From assembly GCA_030390025.1 (NCBI GenBank), contig CM059431.1:151406001-151470000 (forward strand): a stretch of DNA of 64,000 nt. Direction: 5' to 3'. Made by a program: the position numbers and the translations under genes. The stretch is from Squalus acanthias (taxonomy: Eukaryota). Every line of letters begins with the position of its first letter. The stretch's first letter is position 1. The notes beneath the pieces are model-generated. The model saw only the letters and a list, made by a program, of their open reading frames with translations, made no database searches and was not told the origin of the DNA. Shown here piece after piece: positions 47,518-61,309 of the stretch.

Positions 47518-49838
47518 AATGACGCTAAAAGGGTTAAATTATGAAGACAGGCTGCACGGAAGAGGATTGTATTCCTTTGAGTAAATATGATGTGTTTAAG
47601 ATGATTAAAGGAGTTGGTTGTGTCAATAGGGAGAAACTGTTTCCTCCGGTCAGGAATTGTAGAAGAAAGGGGCACAAACTTAAGATTAGAGCTAAACGGT
47701 TCAGGGTGATGTCCGGGTACCTTCTTCACACAAAGGTTAGTGGAAATATACAACTCTCTCTCGCAGTAATTTGTTGAGGCTCGGTCAATTGAAAATTTTA
47801 AAACTGAGATTAGTAGATTTTTTTAGGCAAATTATTTAGGGTTTGGGAACCAAGGCGGTTAATTGGAGTCGAGAGACAGATCAGCCATGATCTATTTGAA
47901 TGGCGGACTGGCGTGATGCGCTGAATGGCCTCCTCGTGTTCCTATATTCATAGAATTGCTACATTCCGAGACTAAGAAGGGTCGGTAAGATTCACGGAAA
48001 TAGAAACCATAAGGACGTAAGAAATGGAGCAGGAATAGGCCTTACGGACCCTCGAACCTGCTCCGCCATTCAATAAGATCATGGCTGATCTTCGACCTCA
48101 ACTTCACTTTCTCGTCCGATCCCCATTTCCCGTGATTCCCCTGCAGTCCAAAATCCATCTATCTCAGACTTGAATATACTAATGGATTGATTTTCCATAC
48201 CCCTCTGGGTTACAGAATTCCAAAGTTTGTATAAAATGTTTACATTTTAAATTGCTCTCATTTTGAAAATCACTTATTAAATATCAGGTTGTGTTGCAAT
48301 TTCTAAAACATATTTAACATATGTTTTAAAGATACAGTAGGAAACATATTTGAACACATTTGACACCGAGCCACAAAAGGAGATATTACGTCAGATGACC
48401 ATGAGGTAGTTGTTAAGGAGTGCCTTAAAGGAGGAGAGAGGAATATAAACGCGGAGAGCTTTAGGGAGGGAATTCCAAAGCTTTGAGCTGAGGCAGCTGT
48501 AGGCCATGGCCGTCAATGTTGGGGCGTGTAAAATCGGTGGCAGGGGGTGCGCAAGAGGCCAGAATTGGAGGAACACGGCGAACGTCGAGGGTTGTAGGGC
48601 TGGAGGAGGTGACAGTAATCGGGAGCGGACGAGGGCCATGGAGGATTTGAAAACAAGGATGGGAAATGAGAAGGTTTAGAGGAGATTCGATGGAGGTGCT
48701 CAAAATCATGAGGGTTCTGGACAGAGTCGATAGAGAGAAACTGTTCCCACTGGGGGAAGGGTCGAGAACCAAAGGACACAGATTTAAGGTGATTTGCAAA
48801 AGAACCAAAGGCGACGTAAGAACACATTTCTTTATGCGTTGAGTGATTAAGATCTGGAAAGAACTGTACGAAACGCAGCAACCAATTTTCGAACAGCAAG
48901 ATCTCTCAAAAAACAATGCGATAATGTTCAGACAATCTCTTCTTTAGTGGGGTAAATATTGGGCCAGGACACTTGGGAGAACTGCTCTACTCTTCTCTCC
49001 AACAGTGGGGTGAGATTGATTATGTCCACCTGAGAGAGCAGAAGCAGTTTAACGTCTCGTCCAAAAGACGGAATTGCTGACTGTGCAGCGCTCTCTTGTT
49101 ACTGCACTGGATTGTCAGCCTAGATTAGGTGCTTAAATCCCTGGAGTGAGACTTGAACCCAGGACTAATTCGCGGCTTTAGATGTGAGTGCCCTTCCAAC
49201 TGAGCCCAGACTGGCGCAGTAAAAGATCACAACTTTAAAGAAGAGCACTGGAGTTCTCACCGGTGTCCTTGAGATAGTATTTAATTGGCTGTAAAACTCT
49301 TTGCGACGTCCCGTGGACGTGATAGCCGCAGTATAAATGCAACTCCTTCTTACACTTTTAAATTATTCTCACATTTCCATTGTCTCTTTCACTGTCTGAG
49401 CACTGCTGCACATCGGAGTAAGGGAAGTTATATTTATTTTCCATTCCCAGAACAGTGTCAGAACCAGATAGACAAAGCCAGGACATTCAGGAGAGAAGTT
49501 AGGAAACACTTCTTCCTGCAAAGGATGGGAGAAGTGTGGAATTCTCTCCGTCAGAAAACTGTTCAATCAATTATTTTAAATCGGAGGTCGGTTTAGTTTT
49601 GCTAGACAAGTGTAGAAAAGGACATGGAGCCAAGAAGAGAAGAAGGTGGGGGATGGAGATCGGATACAGATCAGCAATGATCTTATCTTTCTATCTTTCA
49701 AATCTTACTTTCCTGGAGAACCATAAAACGCGAGCAATTCATTTCTGCATGAATATTTTTCAATTTAATACGATTTTTGTGGTAGGCTATAATCTAACGT
49801 CGGTGCTGTAAATTGCTGAATCCATTAATTAGAAGCAG

Positions 49839-49911
49839 CGCTCGAAGAGGTACTTGAACCCTGGAACCTCACGTTAAAATTCTGCGGCTCTACCGACTGA
49901 ACTATCCGGAC
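49839..49911 (-). pseudogene. tRNA-Lys(UUU) pseudogene (paralog of 24748)
   Basis: rc GTCCGGATAGTTCAGTCGGTAGAGCCGCAGAATTTTAACGTGAGGTTCCAGGGTTCAAGTACCTCTTCGAGCG; A/B boxes kept, anticodon stem broken. Confidence 0.8.
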
Positions 49912-51859
49912 ACGGAAGTGGAAACGAAACAGCGGCACTGAGAGGCTGTTTTAGGAATTACATTTCCTTCACTTCCTGCTCACAGCTGCCCTCTGAACAC
50001 ACGCATCGTCACCCCTTTGCTTCAGCTCGACACCTCATCTCAGCACATTCTTCTTAAACATACGAACAGCCATCAACCTGCCCCGAGTCTGCTCGAACTG
50101 AAATGAACCTTTCTCCTGAATCTGACCACTTCTCTTCAATCTGATACAAAAAGAAAATACAGCAGATGCTGGAAATCTGAAATAAAAACAGAAAATTCTG
50201 GTGATACTCAGCCGGTCAGGCAGCATCTGTGAAGAGAGAAACAGAGTTAACGTATCAGATCGATGATCTTTCGTTCTGGAGTGCATGTCCACAGATCCCT
50301 GAAGGTAGCAGAACAGGTAGACAAGATGGTGAAGGAGGCATACGGAATACTTGCCTTTATTAGCCGAGGCATAGAATATAAGAGCTGGGAAGTTATGCTA
50401 GAATTGCGTAAAACTCAAGTTTGGCCACTACTTGAAAACTCCGTGCAATTGTGGTCACCACATTGCAAGAGGGATGTGATTGCACTAGAGAGGGCTAGTG
50501 CAGGGCTACGGGGAAAGTGCTTGGGCGTGGGAGAAGCTGAGAGAAGGCACGGCTACGACGGGCCGAATGGCCTTGTCCCGGGATGCTTACATTCTATGAT
50601 TCCATTCTATTATTCTAACTTGTCCTGCCGCCTTCAAAAAATTGTGTACTTAACACTCCAGCGGTGAGATTAAGGAGAAGGGAGTCAGATTGTGGGCAAG
50701 GAATGAGATTGACAAGGAAGGGTCAGGTTGAAGAGAACTGCTCTTCTCCAAAGATGAGAAATTTTATTGCGCCAGCCTTGGCTCAGTTGGTAGGGCATTC
50801 AAATATGAAGTCGCGAATTAGTCCTGGGTTCAAGTCTCACTCCAGGGATTTAAGCACCTCAATCTAGGCTGACAATGCAGTGCAGTATCAAGAGAGCGCT
50901 GTACTGTCGGCAATTCGGTCTTTTGGAAGAGACGCTAAACCGCGTCTGCCCTCTCAGGTGGGCATAAACAATCTCACAGCTACACTTGGAGAGAAGAGTA
51001 GAGGAGTTATCCCAAGTGTCCTGGCCCAATATTTACCCCACTAAAGAAGAGATTGTCTGATCATTATCGCATTGTTGTTTGTGGGATCTTGCTGTTCGAA
51101 AATTGATTGCTGCGTTTCCTACATTCCAACAGTTCATAAGTATCTCATTGATTGTAAGGCGCTTTGGGACGTCTGTGATTGTGGAAGGCGCTATATCAAT
51201 GCAAATTCTTTCTTCGAATAGTGCCATGGGATCTTTCACATCTCCCTGAGCGGGCAGCATTGAATGGCAATAAAAACCAGGAGAGAGATATAAGGGGGCA
51301 GCCGTTTCGCTATCGCCGATTTCACACTATCGCACAAAGTCAATATTACCAGACTTTCACTGCATTTAGTCTGGAACCAGTCCCCGGGATGGGAATTGCA
51401 CTGGTGTGAATGCCGTGCTCACTGACTAGACTCGCACGGCAATAGTGTCTTGGTGACACGCTGGAGAGTTCCTGGCACCCGCGCTCTGTTAACTAAGATA
51501 ACAAACAGTGAGGGGGAAGGAGAGAACAATACAGGCCTTTTCCAATATATTCGCAGAATGCTTCATTTAGTGTAATGCAAAGTCAATAAACTTACAGTAT
51601 ATCAGGACACAGAACGTCAGGGGACTATTGTCCAGTTGCTCAATCAAGATCTACTAAAGGAGTCGCTTCTGGTTATGTTTTTAAAGCTTTACAGCATCAG
51701 ACGTTTTCAGATGATACAAAACTTGGCCGTGTGGTTGATAATGAAGAATAAAGCTGCAGACTGAAGGAAGATATCAATGGACTGGTCAGGTGGGAAGAAC
51801 AGTGGTAAATGCAATTCAATCTGGAGAAGTGTGAGGTAATGCATTTTGGAGGGCTAACA

Positions 51860-53438
51860 TAGAAACAGAGAACATAGGAGCAGTAGTAGTCCATTTGGCC
51901 CCTCGAGCCTGCTCCGCCATTCGATGAGATCATGGCTGATCATCCAAACTCAGTACACTGTACCTGCTTTTCCCCCATATCCCTTGATATCTTTAGCTCT
52001 AAGAAATATTTCTAACTCATTCTTGAATATATTTAATGACTTGTCCTCACCTACCTTCTGTGGTCAAGAATTCCACAGGTTAACCACTCTCTGGGTGAAT
52101 AAATTCTTCCTCATTTCTGTCCTAAACGGCTTACCCCTTATCCTTAGATTATGACCCCTGGTTCTGGACTCTCCGACGATCGGGAACATTCTTCCTGCAT
52201 CTAGTTTGTGCAGACCTGTCAGAATTGTATATGATTCGATGAGATCCCCACTCATTCTTCTATAATCCAGCGAGTATAAGCCCAATCGACCCAATCTCTC
52301 CTCATATGTCATTCCTGCAATCCCAGGTATCAGCCTTGTGAATCTTCGCTGAACTCCTTCCATGGCAAGAACATCCTTCCTCAGATAATGCTTACAAAAC
52401 TGCACACAGTACTCAAGGTGTGGTCTCACCAAGGCCCTGTACAACTGCAGCAGGACATCCCTGAACCTATACTCAAACCCTTTCGCTATGAAGGCCAACA
52501 TACCATTTGCCTTCTTCTCCACCTGCTGCACCTGCATGCTGACCTTCAGCGACTGGTGCACAAGGACACCCAGGTCTCGTTGCACTTCCCCTTCTCCCAA
52601 TCTATTGCCATTCAGATAAAAGTCTGCCTTTCTATTTTTGACATCAAAGTGGATAACCTCACATTTATACACGTTCTGTTGCATCTGCCACGCTTCTGCC
52701 CACTTATCCAACCTGTCCAAATCATCCTGGAGTTTATGGGTATCCGCCCCGTAGCACACACTCCGAATCAGCTTTGTGTCATCTGCAAACTTGGAGATAT
52801 TACATTTAGTTCCCTTATCTAGATCATTAATGTATATTGTGAATAGCTGGGGGCCAAGGACCGATCCCTGTGGTACCCCACTAGTCACTCTTGCCACTCG
52901 GAAAAAAGACTCATTACTTTCTACTCTCTGCTTTCTGTCCGCCAACCAGTTCTCTATCCAAGTCAATACCTTTCCTCCAATCCCATGTGCCTTAAATTTA
53001 CACGCAAATTTCTGATGTGGGACTTTATCGAAAGCCTTTTCAAAGTCCTAATACACCACATTTACTGGTTCTCCCTAATCTATTTTTCCAGTTACATCCT
53101 CAAAAAATTCCAGTAGATTAGTCAAGCACGATATAACTTTTGTAAATCAATGTTGACTTTGTCCGATCCTGTCACTGTGTTTTAAGTGCTCAGCTATTAC
53201 ATCCTTTATAATGGACTCGAGCATTTTGCCCACTACCGATGTCAGGCTTACCGGTCTGTAATTCCCCGCTTTCTCTCTACCACCCTTTTTGAAAAGTGGG
53301 GTAACATAATCCATGGGTACAGTTCCAGATTCCATCGAATGTTGGAAGATGATCAGCAATGCATCTACTGTTTCTAGGACCACTTCCTTAAGTACCCTAG
53401 GCTGTAGATTATCAGGACCTGGGGTTTTATCGGCCTTC
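51860..53438 (-). mobile_element. Younger 5'-truncated CR1 inserted into an older CR1
   Basis: 300-aa RT frame 52064-52966 (GVPQGSVLGP, FADD), 3' tail at 51860; absent from paralogs at ~26760 and ~32205. Confidence 0.9.
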
Positions 53439-54974
53439 AAGGCAAGCGAATACACAATAAATGGCAGGAAAATGAGAAGTGCAGAGGATCAGAGGGACCT
53501 TAACGTGCATGTCCACAGATCCCTGAAGGTAGCATTCCAGGTAAACAAGATGTTGAAGAAGGCATACAGGATACTTGTTTTTATTTGCCGATGCATATAA
53601 TATAAGAGCAGGGAGGTTATGCTAGAATTGCATAAAACACTAGTTAGGCAACAACTTGAATACTGCGTGCAGTTGTGGTCACCACATTACAGGAAGGATG
53701 CGATTGCACTAGAGAGGGTGCAGAGGAGGTTTACGAGGATGTTGCCTGGGCTGGGGAAATTTAGATATGAGGTAAGAATGGATAGGATGGGGTTGTTTTC
53801 ATTGGACCAGATGAGGCTGAGGGGAGACATATTTTAGGTATATAAATTTATGAGGTCCTAGAGAGAGTGGGTAGGAAGAACCTATTTCGCTTAGCAGAAG
53901 GATCAATAACCAAGGGGCATAGACGTAAAGTAACTGTTAGTTGGTTCGAGGGAAGTTAAGGGAAAAGTATTTCACCCATATGGTGATGGGGGGTCTGAGA
54001 ACTCATTTCCTGAAATGATCTTAGAAGCAAAAACACGAATCACATTTAAAAAGTACTTGGATATGAAATTGACAAGCCATAAACTACAGCGCTGCGGACC
54101 AAGTGCTGGGGTGTGATATTAGGGTTGATAACTCTTTGTCGGCTACCATGGACAAGATGGGAGAAATGGCCTCCTTTTGTGCTGTGAGTTTCTATGATTT
54201 AATAACTAGCATAGATGCATTCAAAGGAAGCTAGATACACACTTGAGGGAGATAGGAATAGAAGGATATGCTGATTGGGTTGGATGAAGAGGGGATTTAA
54301 AGAGGCTCGTGTGGAGCATAAACTTCAGCACAGAGAATTAGGGCAGAATGGCTTGTGTCTGTGTTGAAGACTCGCTGTAACACGAGGATATGAAGTAAAG
54401 TTTGGGAGCATGATCCTCTGTATGAAAGCCACGAATGCTCACTCAAAATAACTGAGTGGTTGCGGAACACTTTTCAAACTGCTAAGTCCGGAAATCAGTA
54501 AGGTATATTTCAAATATTGCCTTATCCGAAATTTCGAAAGTTACAGGCGAGGAATTGGGGAAAAGAAACATTTGAGAGCGGAAAGGAAACTTTAGAATAC
54601 ATGACAGGAAGCAATCAGAAAGAAGAGTAATACAGACTAACAAAGCCCCATACTCAGAACGTCTAGTTCGAATCAATCAATCGAAATTCAATAGATGCAC
54701 TCAGATTGTAGCCAACAATAGAAGCAATCATTGATCTTTCCCCTGAGATCTGTTCTGATTGGGCGGCCTTTCAGGCAACTGATTATCTGTCGCCACATGC
54801 TGAAAATGATTCATATTTATATTGCCATTTATATCTCTAGGAAACCTCACTTGGGACAGTCCGAGTAGACAATGATTTACATTAGTCACCCTCACTGGAC
54901 CAAACAGATTCAGACACCATATGGTGTTGTTTTGATATTAATAATTCGGTTAAACACTTTATATGCACTGCCTG

Positions 54975-55805
54975 AAGGTAGATAAAGGTGTAACTGAGTA
55001 CAGTGAATGAAACAGGGAGACGCCAGCAGAGGGAGAGAGATAAAGGTGAGACTGAGTACAGTGATAGAGAGAGACACCAGCAGAGGGAGAGAGATAAAGG
55101 TGAAACTTAGTACAGTGATAGAGAGATACACCAGCAGAGGGAGAGAGATAAAGGTGAGACTGAGGACAGTGATAGAGACAGACACCAGCAGAGGGAGGGA
55201 GATAAAGGTGAAACTGAGTACAGTGAGTGATAGAGAGAGACACCAGCAGCGGGAGAGAGATAAAGGTGAAACTGAGTACAGTGAGTGATAGAGAGAGACA
55301 CCAGCAGAGGGAGAGAGATAAAGGTGATACTGAGTACAGTGAGTGATAGAGAGAGATACCAGCAGAGGGAGAGAGATGAAGGTGAAACTGAGTACAGTGA
55401 GTGATAGAGAGAGACACCAGCAGAGGGAGAGAGATAAAGGTGAGACTGAGTAAAGTGAGTGATAGAGAGACAACAACAGAGGGAGAGAGATAAAGGTGGG
55501 ACTGAGTACAGTGATAGAGAGAGACACCAGCAGAGAGAGATAGATAAAGGTGCAAATGAATACAGTGATAGAGAGAGACACCAGCAGAGGGAGAAAGATA
55601 AAGGTGAAAATGAGTACAGTGAGTGACTGAGAGAGACACCAGCAGAGGGAGAGAGATAAAGGTGAGCCTGAGTACAGTGAGTGATAGAGAGACACCAGCA
55701 GAGGGAGAGAGATAAAGGTGAGACTGAGTACAGTGATAGAGAGAGACACCAGCAGAGGGAGAGAGATAAAGGTGACACTCAGTACAGTGAGTGATACAGG
55801 GAGAC
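54975..55805. repeat. 54-58 bp purine-rich minisatellite, homogenised (~15 units)
   Basis: GAGAGAGACACCAGCAGAGGGAGAGAGATAAAGGTGAGACTGAGTACAGT(GAGT)GATA. Confidence 0.95.
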
Positions 55806-56619
55806 GGTAAAAACATTAATCGGGACAAAATTTACAGTCACTTGGATAGGTTTGGATTCATTAAGGAAGCCAGCACCGATTTCTTAAAGACAAATGCTGT
55901 TTACCCAATTTGGTCGAGTATTTTGATGAGGTAACAGAGAGGGTTGATAAGGGTAATATGATTGATATAGTATCATGGATTTCCAAAAGGCGTTCGACAA
56001 AGTGCCACATAAAAGGATCGCCAGCAAAGTTGAAGGCCATGGAATAAAAGGGACAGTGGCAACATGGATACGAAATTGGCTAATTGATAAGAAACAGAGA
56101 ATAGTGGTGAAGGGTCTTTATTCCGTCTGGAGGAACGTATAAAGTGGAGTTCACCAGATGTCGGTTCTAGGACCACTGCTTTTTTTGATATATATCAATG
56201 ACTTTCACGTTGGTGTAAAGGGAACAATTTCAAAATTTGCAGATGACACAAAACTTGTAAGTAACGTGAACAGTGAGGACGAGAGTGATAGACTTAAGGA
56301 AGATATAAACAGGATGGTGAAATGGGCGGACAAGTGACAGATGAATTTTAACGCAGATAAATGTGAAGGGATACATTTTGGTAGAACGTATGAGCAGAGA
56401 ACATATAAATTAAATGGTAAAATAATAAAGTGGGTGCACGAGCAGAGACATCTGGGGTTTATGTGTACAAATCGTTGAAGGTGGCAGGGCAGTTTGAGAA
56501 AACAGTTAAAAAATGCATAGGGTTCCTGGGCTTCATAAATAGAGTACAAAAGTCTGTAAGTTATGATGAACCTGTATAAAACACTGGTTCGGCCCCAACT
56601 GGAGTAAGGTGTCCAATTT

Positions 56620-57760
56620 TGGAGTCCATTATTAAGGACACAGTAACAGGACATTTGGATAATCATAATTTAATAGGACAAAGTCAGCATGGTTTTACGA
56701 AGGGGAAGTCATGTTTGACAAATTTGCTGGAGTTCTTTGAGGAAGTAACATATAGAGTGGATAAAGGGGAACCAGTGGACGTAGTGTATTTAGACTTCCA
56801 AAAGGCATTTGACAAGGTGCCACACAAAAGATTATTGCTTAAGCTAAAAAATCACGGGATTGGGGGTAATATTCTGGCATGGATAGAGGATTGGCTATCT
56901 AACAGAAAGCAAAGAGTTGGGATAAATGGTTCATTCTCAGACTGGCAATCAGTAACTAGTGGTGTTCCACAGGGGTCAGTGCTGGGTCCCCAACTCTTCA
57001 CAATCTATATTAACGATTTGGAGGAAGGGACCAAGTGTAACATATCAAAATTTGCAGATGATACAAAGATGGGAGGGAAAGTAGTGAGTGAGGAGGATAT
57101 AAAAAACCTGCAAGGGGACATAGACAGGCTAAGTAAGTGGGCAGAGATTTGGCAGATGGAATACAACACTGGAAAGTGTGAGGTGATGCACTTTGGCAGG
57201 AAAAATCCTAGAGCAATTTATTATCTTAATGGCAAGAAACTGGAGAGTACTGAAGTGCAAAGGGATCTGGGGGTCCTGGTGCACGAAACTCAAAAGGTTA
57301 GTATGCAGGTGCAGCAAGTGATTAAGAAGGCAAATGGAATGTTGGCTTTCATTGCTAGGGGGATAGAATATAAAAATAGGGAGGTATTGCTTCAGTTGTA
57401 CAAGGTATTGGTGAGACCGCACCTGGAATACTGCATACAGTTTTGGTGTCCTTACTTAAGGAAAGACATCCTTGCTCTCGAGGCAGTGCAAAAAAGGTTC
57501 ACTCGGTTAATCCCGGGGATGAGGGGGTGGTCATATGAGGAGAGGTTGGGTAGATTGGGACTCTACTCATTGGAGTTCAGAAGAATGAGAGGCGATCTTA
57601 TTGAAACATATAAGATTGTGAAGGGGTTGGATCGGGTGGATGCGGGGAGGATGTTCCCGATGACGGGTGAGACGAGAACTAGGGGACATAGTCTTAGAAT
57701 AAGGGGCTGCTCTTTCAAAACTGAGATGAGGAGGAACTACTTCACTCAGAGGGTGGTAGG
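56620..57760 (+). mobile_element. Young CR1 RT fragment (uninterrupted ~380 codons) nested in an older CR1, truncated at both ends
   Basis: SQHGFTKGKSCLTNL, YLDFQKAFDKV, GVPQGSVLGP, FADD, ends at FTQRVV with no 3' UTR; absent at paralogs ~2478 and ~29595. Confidence 0.9.
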
Positions 57761-58641
57761 TCCATGATTTTGGGCAGCAAACTTTAGGAAGGATAAGAAG
57801 GCCTTAGAGAGAGAGTGCAGAAAAGATGTAGGAGAATTATTCCAGGATGAGGGACTTCAGTTACATTGATAGACTGGAGAAGCTGGGGTTTTTATCCTCG
57901 GAGCAGCGAAGATTGAGAGGAGATTTGATCGATGTGGTCAAAATCATGAGGGGCCTGGAAGGAGTAGATAGAGAGAAACTGTTCCCTTTGGCAGAGGGGT
58001 CGAGAACCAGAGGACACAGATTTATGGTGATTGGCAAAAGAACCAAAGGCCACGTAAGAAAACACTTTTCTACACTGCGATGGATTAAGATCTGGAATGC
58101 ACTGCCTGAATGAGTGGTAGAGGCAGAGTCAATCTTATCTTTCAAACGGGAGTTGGATATATATCTGAAGGAAAATGAAATCAGGGCTACGGGAAAAGTC
58201 GTGGGAGTGGGTCTAGCTGAGAGTCGGCATGGGTTCGATGGGCCGAATGGCCTTGTTCCGTGCTTGTAACCATTCTATGATTTCATTCTATGACTCTAAC
58301 TAGTCCTGCGATCTTCAAAAATTTGTCTACATAACACCCCGGCGGTGAGATTAAGGAGAAGGGAGTCAGATTGGGGACAAGGAATGAGATCGAGGAGTCA
58401 GGGATCAGATTGAAGAGAAGAGTTCAGATTCAGGAGAAAGTGCGATTTCAGTTCTGAGGAGACTCGGGGCAATTTGATGCCTGTTAGTGTGTTTGAGATA
58501 GATTGTGCTGAGAAGAGGAGTCGAACTGAAGCCATGAAGTGACGGTGCGTGTGTTCAGAGGGCAGCTGTGGCCAGGAAGTGAAGGGAATTGTAATTCCCT
58601 ACCACAGCCATTCAGTGCCGCTGTTTCATTAGCACCTTCGA

Positions 58642-58714
58642 GCCCGGATAGCTCAGTCGGTAGAGCATCAGACTTTTAATTTGAGTGTCTAGCGATCTCG
58701 TCCCTGTTCGAGTG
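58642..58714 (+). pseudogene. tRNA-Lys(UUU) pseudogene (paralog of 3349)
   Basis: 5' half perfect (GCCCGGATAGCTCAGTCGGTAGAGCATCAGACTTTTAAT); T loop/B box destroyed (GCGATCTCGTCC). Confidence 0.85.
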
Positions 58715-59795
58715 CTGCTTTAATCAATGGAAACAACAATTTGAGCACCAACGTTGATTATAACCTATCATAAAAATCGTTTTAAAATTGAAAAATATTC
58801 ATGTATTTTATTGAGACATAAGTAAGATTTGAAATAAAGAAAGATAAAATCATGGCTGATCTATATCCGATCTCCATCCTCCGCCTTGGCTCCATATCCT
58901 TTATATGCCCGTGTAAAACCTTACCGATCCTCTCTTGCTGCAGGTGTGGTGTCAGAGGACTAGAGGACTGCTAACGTGGGACCGTTGTTTAAAAAGGGAG
59001 AAAGGGACAGATCGAGTAAAAAAAAGGTCAGTCTGTGTAACCTCGGTAGTGGGACAATTACTGAAAAATTTCTGAGGGACAGGATAAAACTTCATTTGGA
59101 AAGACACGGATTAATGAGGGACAGTCAGTATGGATTTGTTAAGGGAAGGTCGTGTCTGACTACCTTGATTGAGGCATAGAATATAAGAGCAGGGAGGTTA
59201 TGCTTGAACCTGTATAAAACACTAGTTAGGACGCAATGTGAATACTACGTGCAATTCTGTTCGCCAGATTACAGGAAGAATGTGATTGCATTCGAGTTGG
59301 TGCAGAGGAGGTTTCCGAGGATGATGCCTGGGCTGGGGAATTTCCGCAATGAGGAAAGATTGGATAGGCTGATGTTGTTTTATTTGGAATAGAGGAGGCT
59401 GAGGGGAGACCTTATTGAGTGTTTAAAATTATGACGGGCCTAGATAGAGTGAATAGGAACGACCTAATTCCCTCAGCAGAAGGATCAATAACCAGGTGGC
59501 AAAAATTTAAAGTAATTGGTAGAAGGTTTAGAGGGGATTTGAGGTGCGCCAGCTCTAATTAACCCTGGACACCATCAAGGGACATCTTATATTTGTTGTC
59601 AATCTGCTCCCCAGACAGTGAGTGTTCGCATTTAATCAACGTGTTTCAATATGTGCAACCAAGCTTAGTAATTACCGAAAGGAATGAACTCGCAGGATAT
59701 TCAGATTGCTTTAAATATAGACACCCAGACTGCACACTATTATTGCGTCAGTCAGACCTTGTAGCTTCAACAGAGGCCATTAACTCCTGCAAAGG

Positions 59796-59865
59796 ATGGA
59801 CTTCATGTTGCTGTTCAAAATTCAGCTACATTTCTATTACATCCTTGCTGTAATCGGTATTCCAG
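59796..59865 (+). CDS. GPCR copy 3, coding exon 1
   Basis: ATG..MDFMLLFKIQLHFYYILAVIGIP plus G, donor GTAAAT (phase 1); supplies the first half of TM1. Confidence 0.85.
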
Positions 59866-61309
59866 GTAAATAATAATTGAAATTTGAAAAGAAGAAATTA
59901 TCTGTTTAATGCTCTATATTGATCAGCCTGTTACTCTCGTGTCTACCACCTCTATATGGTTAATTGTATGTTAGGAATATTTACGCCCTCAGGATGAAGC
60001 ACTTGTTAGGATTGTATACTAGATAACCATAGAGTTGGTGTTCCAGGATTTTGTCCAGCGACGATGAAGCATCAGCGATATACTTCTAAGTCAGGATGGT
60101 GTTTGACTTGGGGGGGATCTTGGAGGTGGTGGTCTTCCCATGCGCCTGCTGTCCTTGCACTTCTAGGTGGAAGAGTTCGCGGGGTTGGGGGGTGTTGCCG
60201 AAGTGGCAGTGGCGAGTTGCTGCAGTGCATCTTGTAGATGGTACACACTGCAGCCAAGGTACGACGGTGGTGGAGGGTGTGAATGTTTAAGGTGGTAGAT
60301 TGGTTGCCAATCAAGCGGGCTGTTATGTCCTGCATGGTGTTGAGCTTCTTGAGTGTTGTTGGAGCTTCACTCTTCCAGGCAAGTGGAGAGTATTCCATCA
60401 CACTCCTAACTTGTGCCTTGTCGATGTTAGAAAGGCTTTGGGGAGTCAGGTGAGACACTCGACGCAGAATACATAGTCTCTGGCCTGCTGTTGTTACAAA
60501 AGTAGTTATGTGGCTTGTCCAGTTAAGATTTAGTTCAATGGTGACCCCCCAGAATGTTGATGGTGGGGGATTCGGCGATGGTAATGCTATTGAATGTCAT
60601 GGGGCGGTGGTTAGACTCACGCTTGCTGGAGATCGTCATTGCCTGGCACTTCTCTGGCGCGAATGTTACCAGCCATTAATCAGCCTAATCCTGAACGTCG
60701 CCCAGTTCTTGTTGCATGCGGGCTTGGACTGCTTCATTATCTGAGGAGTTGTGAATGGCAATGAACTCTATGCAGTCATCAGCGAACATCCCCATTTCTG
60801 ACCTTATGTTGGAGGGAAGGTCATTGATGATAAGATGGAGATAGTTGTGCCTAGGACACTGACCTGAGGAACTCCTTCAGCGATGTCCTGCGGCTGAGAC
60901 GATTGACCGTCAATCATCAAAACCATCTTCTATATGGAGTCTTCCTCTGGGCAATCGAAAATCAATCCCAATCCCCAGTTCTATGTGCCATTGCCCTCTG
61001 ATGAGATTGATCTCGGACAACAGTGAAGAACTTTACGCTGAGCATTTGATAAAAGTGGGAATTCAGTGTTGAGTAGAAGGGAGAGTGTGGTGAGCTATAC
61101 ATAAATTGTGTTTTCATTTTAATTCGAAATTAAATTTAAAGTTAATTTCTTACTTAAGGAATCGCTCATCGGCTGGCAGCTAAGCGTCAGTTAGCAGTCT
61201 AGTTACTACTCATTGGCCAAGTCGTAAATAGACAGAGTGTGATTGGGGGCGAACTGACAAGCTGAAAGTGACGTTTTTTGGGACGTCCCGAGGTCGCCAT
61301 GTAGCATGA

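Noticed and set aside
54910..55828. 223-289 aa hydrophobic ORFs on the minus strand
   Set aside because: Translations of the pyrimidine strand of a minisatellite
58642..58714. Functional tRNA-Lys gene
   Set aside because: T loop/B box and acceptor pairing are disrupted despite a perfect 5' half
60931..61005. Possible GPCR exon 1 (..PVLCAIAL, also at ~40950)
   Set aside because: No GT donor (CTG/ATGAG) and no in-frame ATG; a much better exon 1 with correct phase lies at 59796-59865
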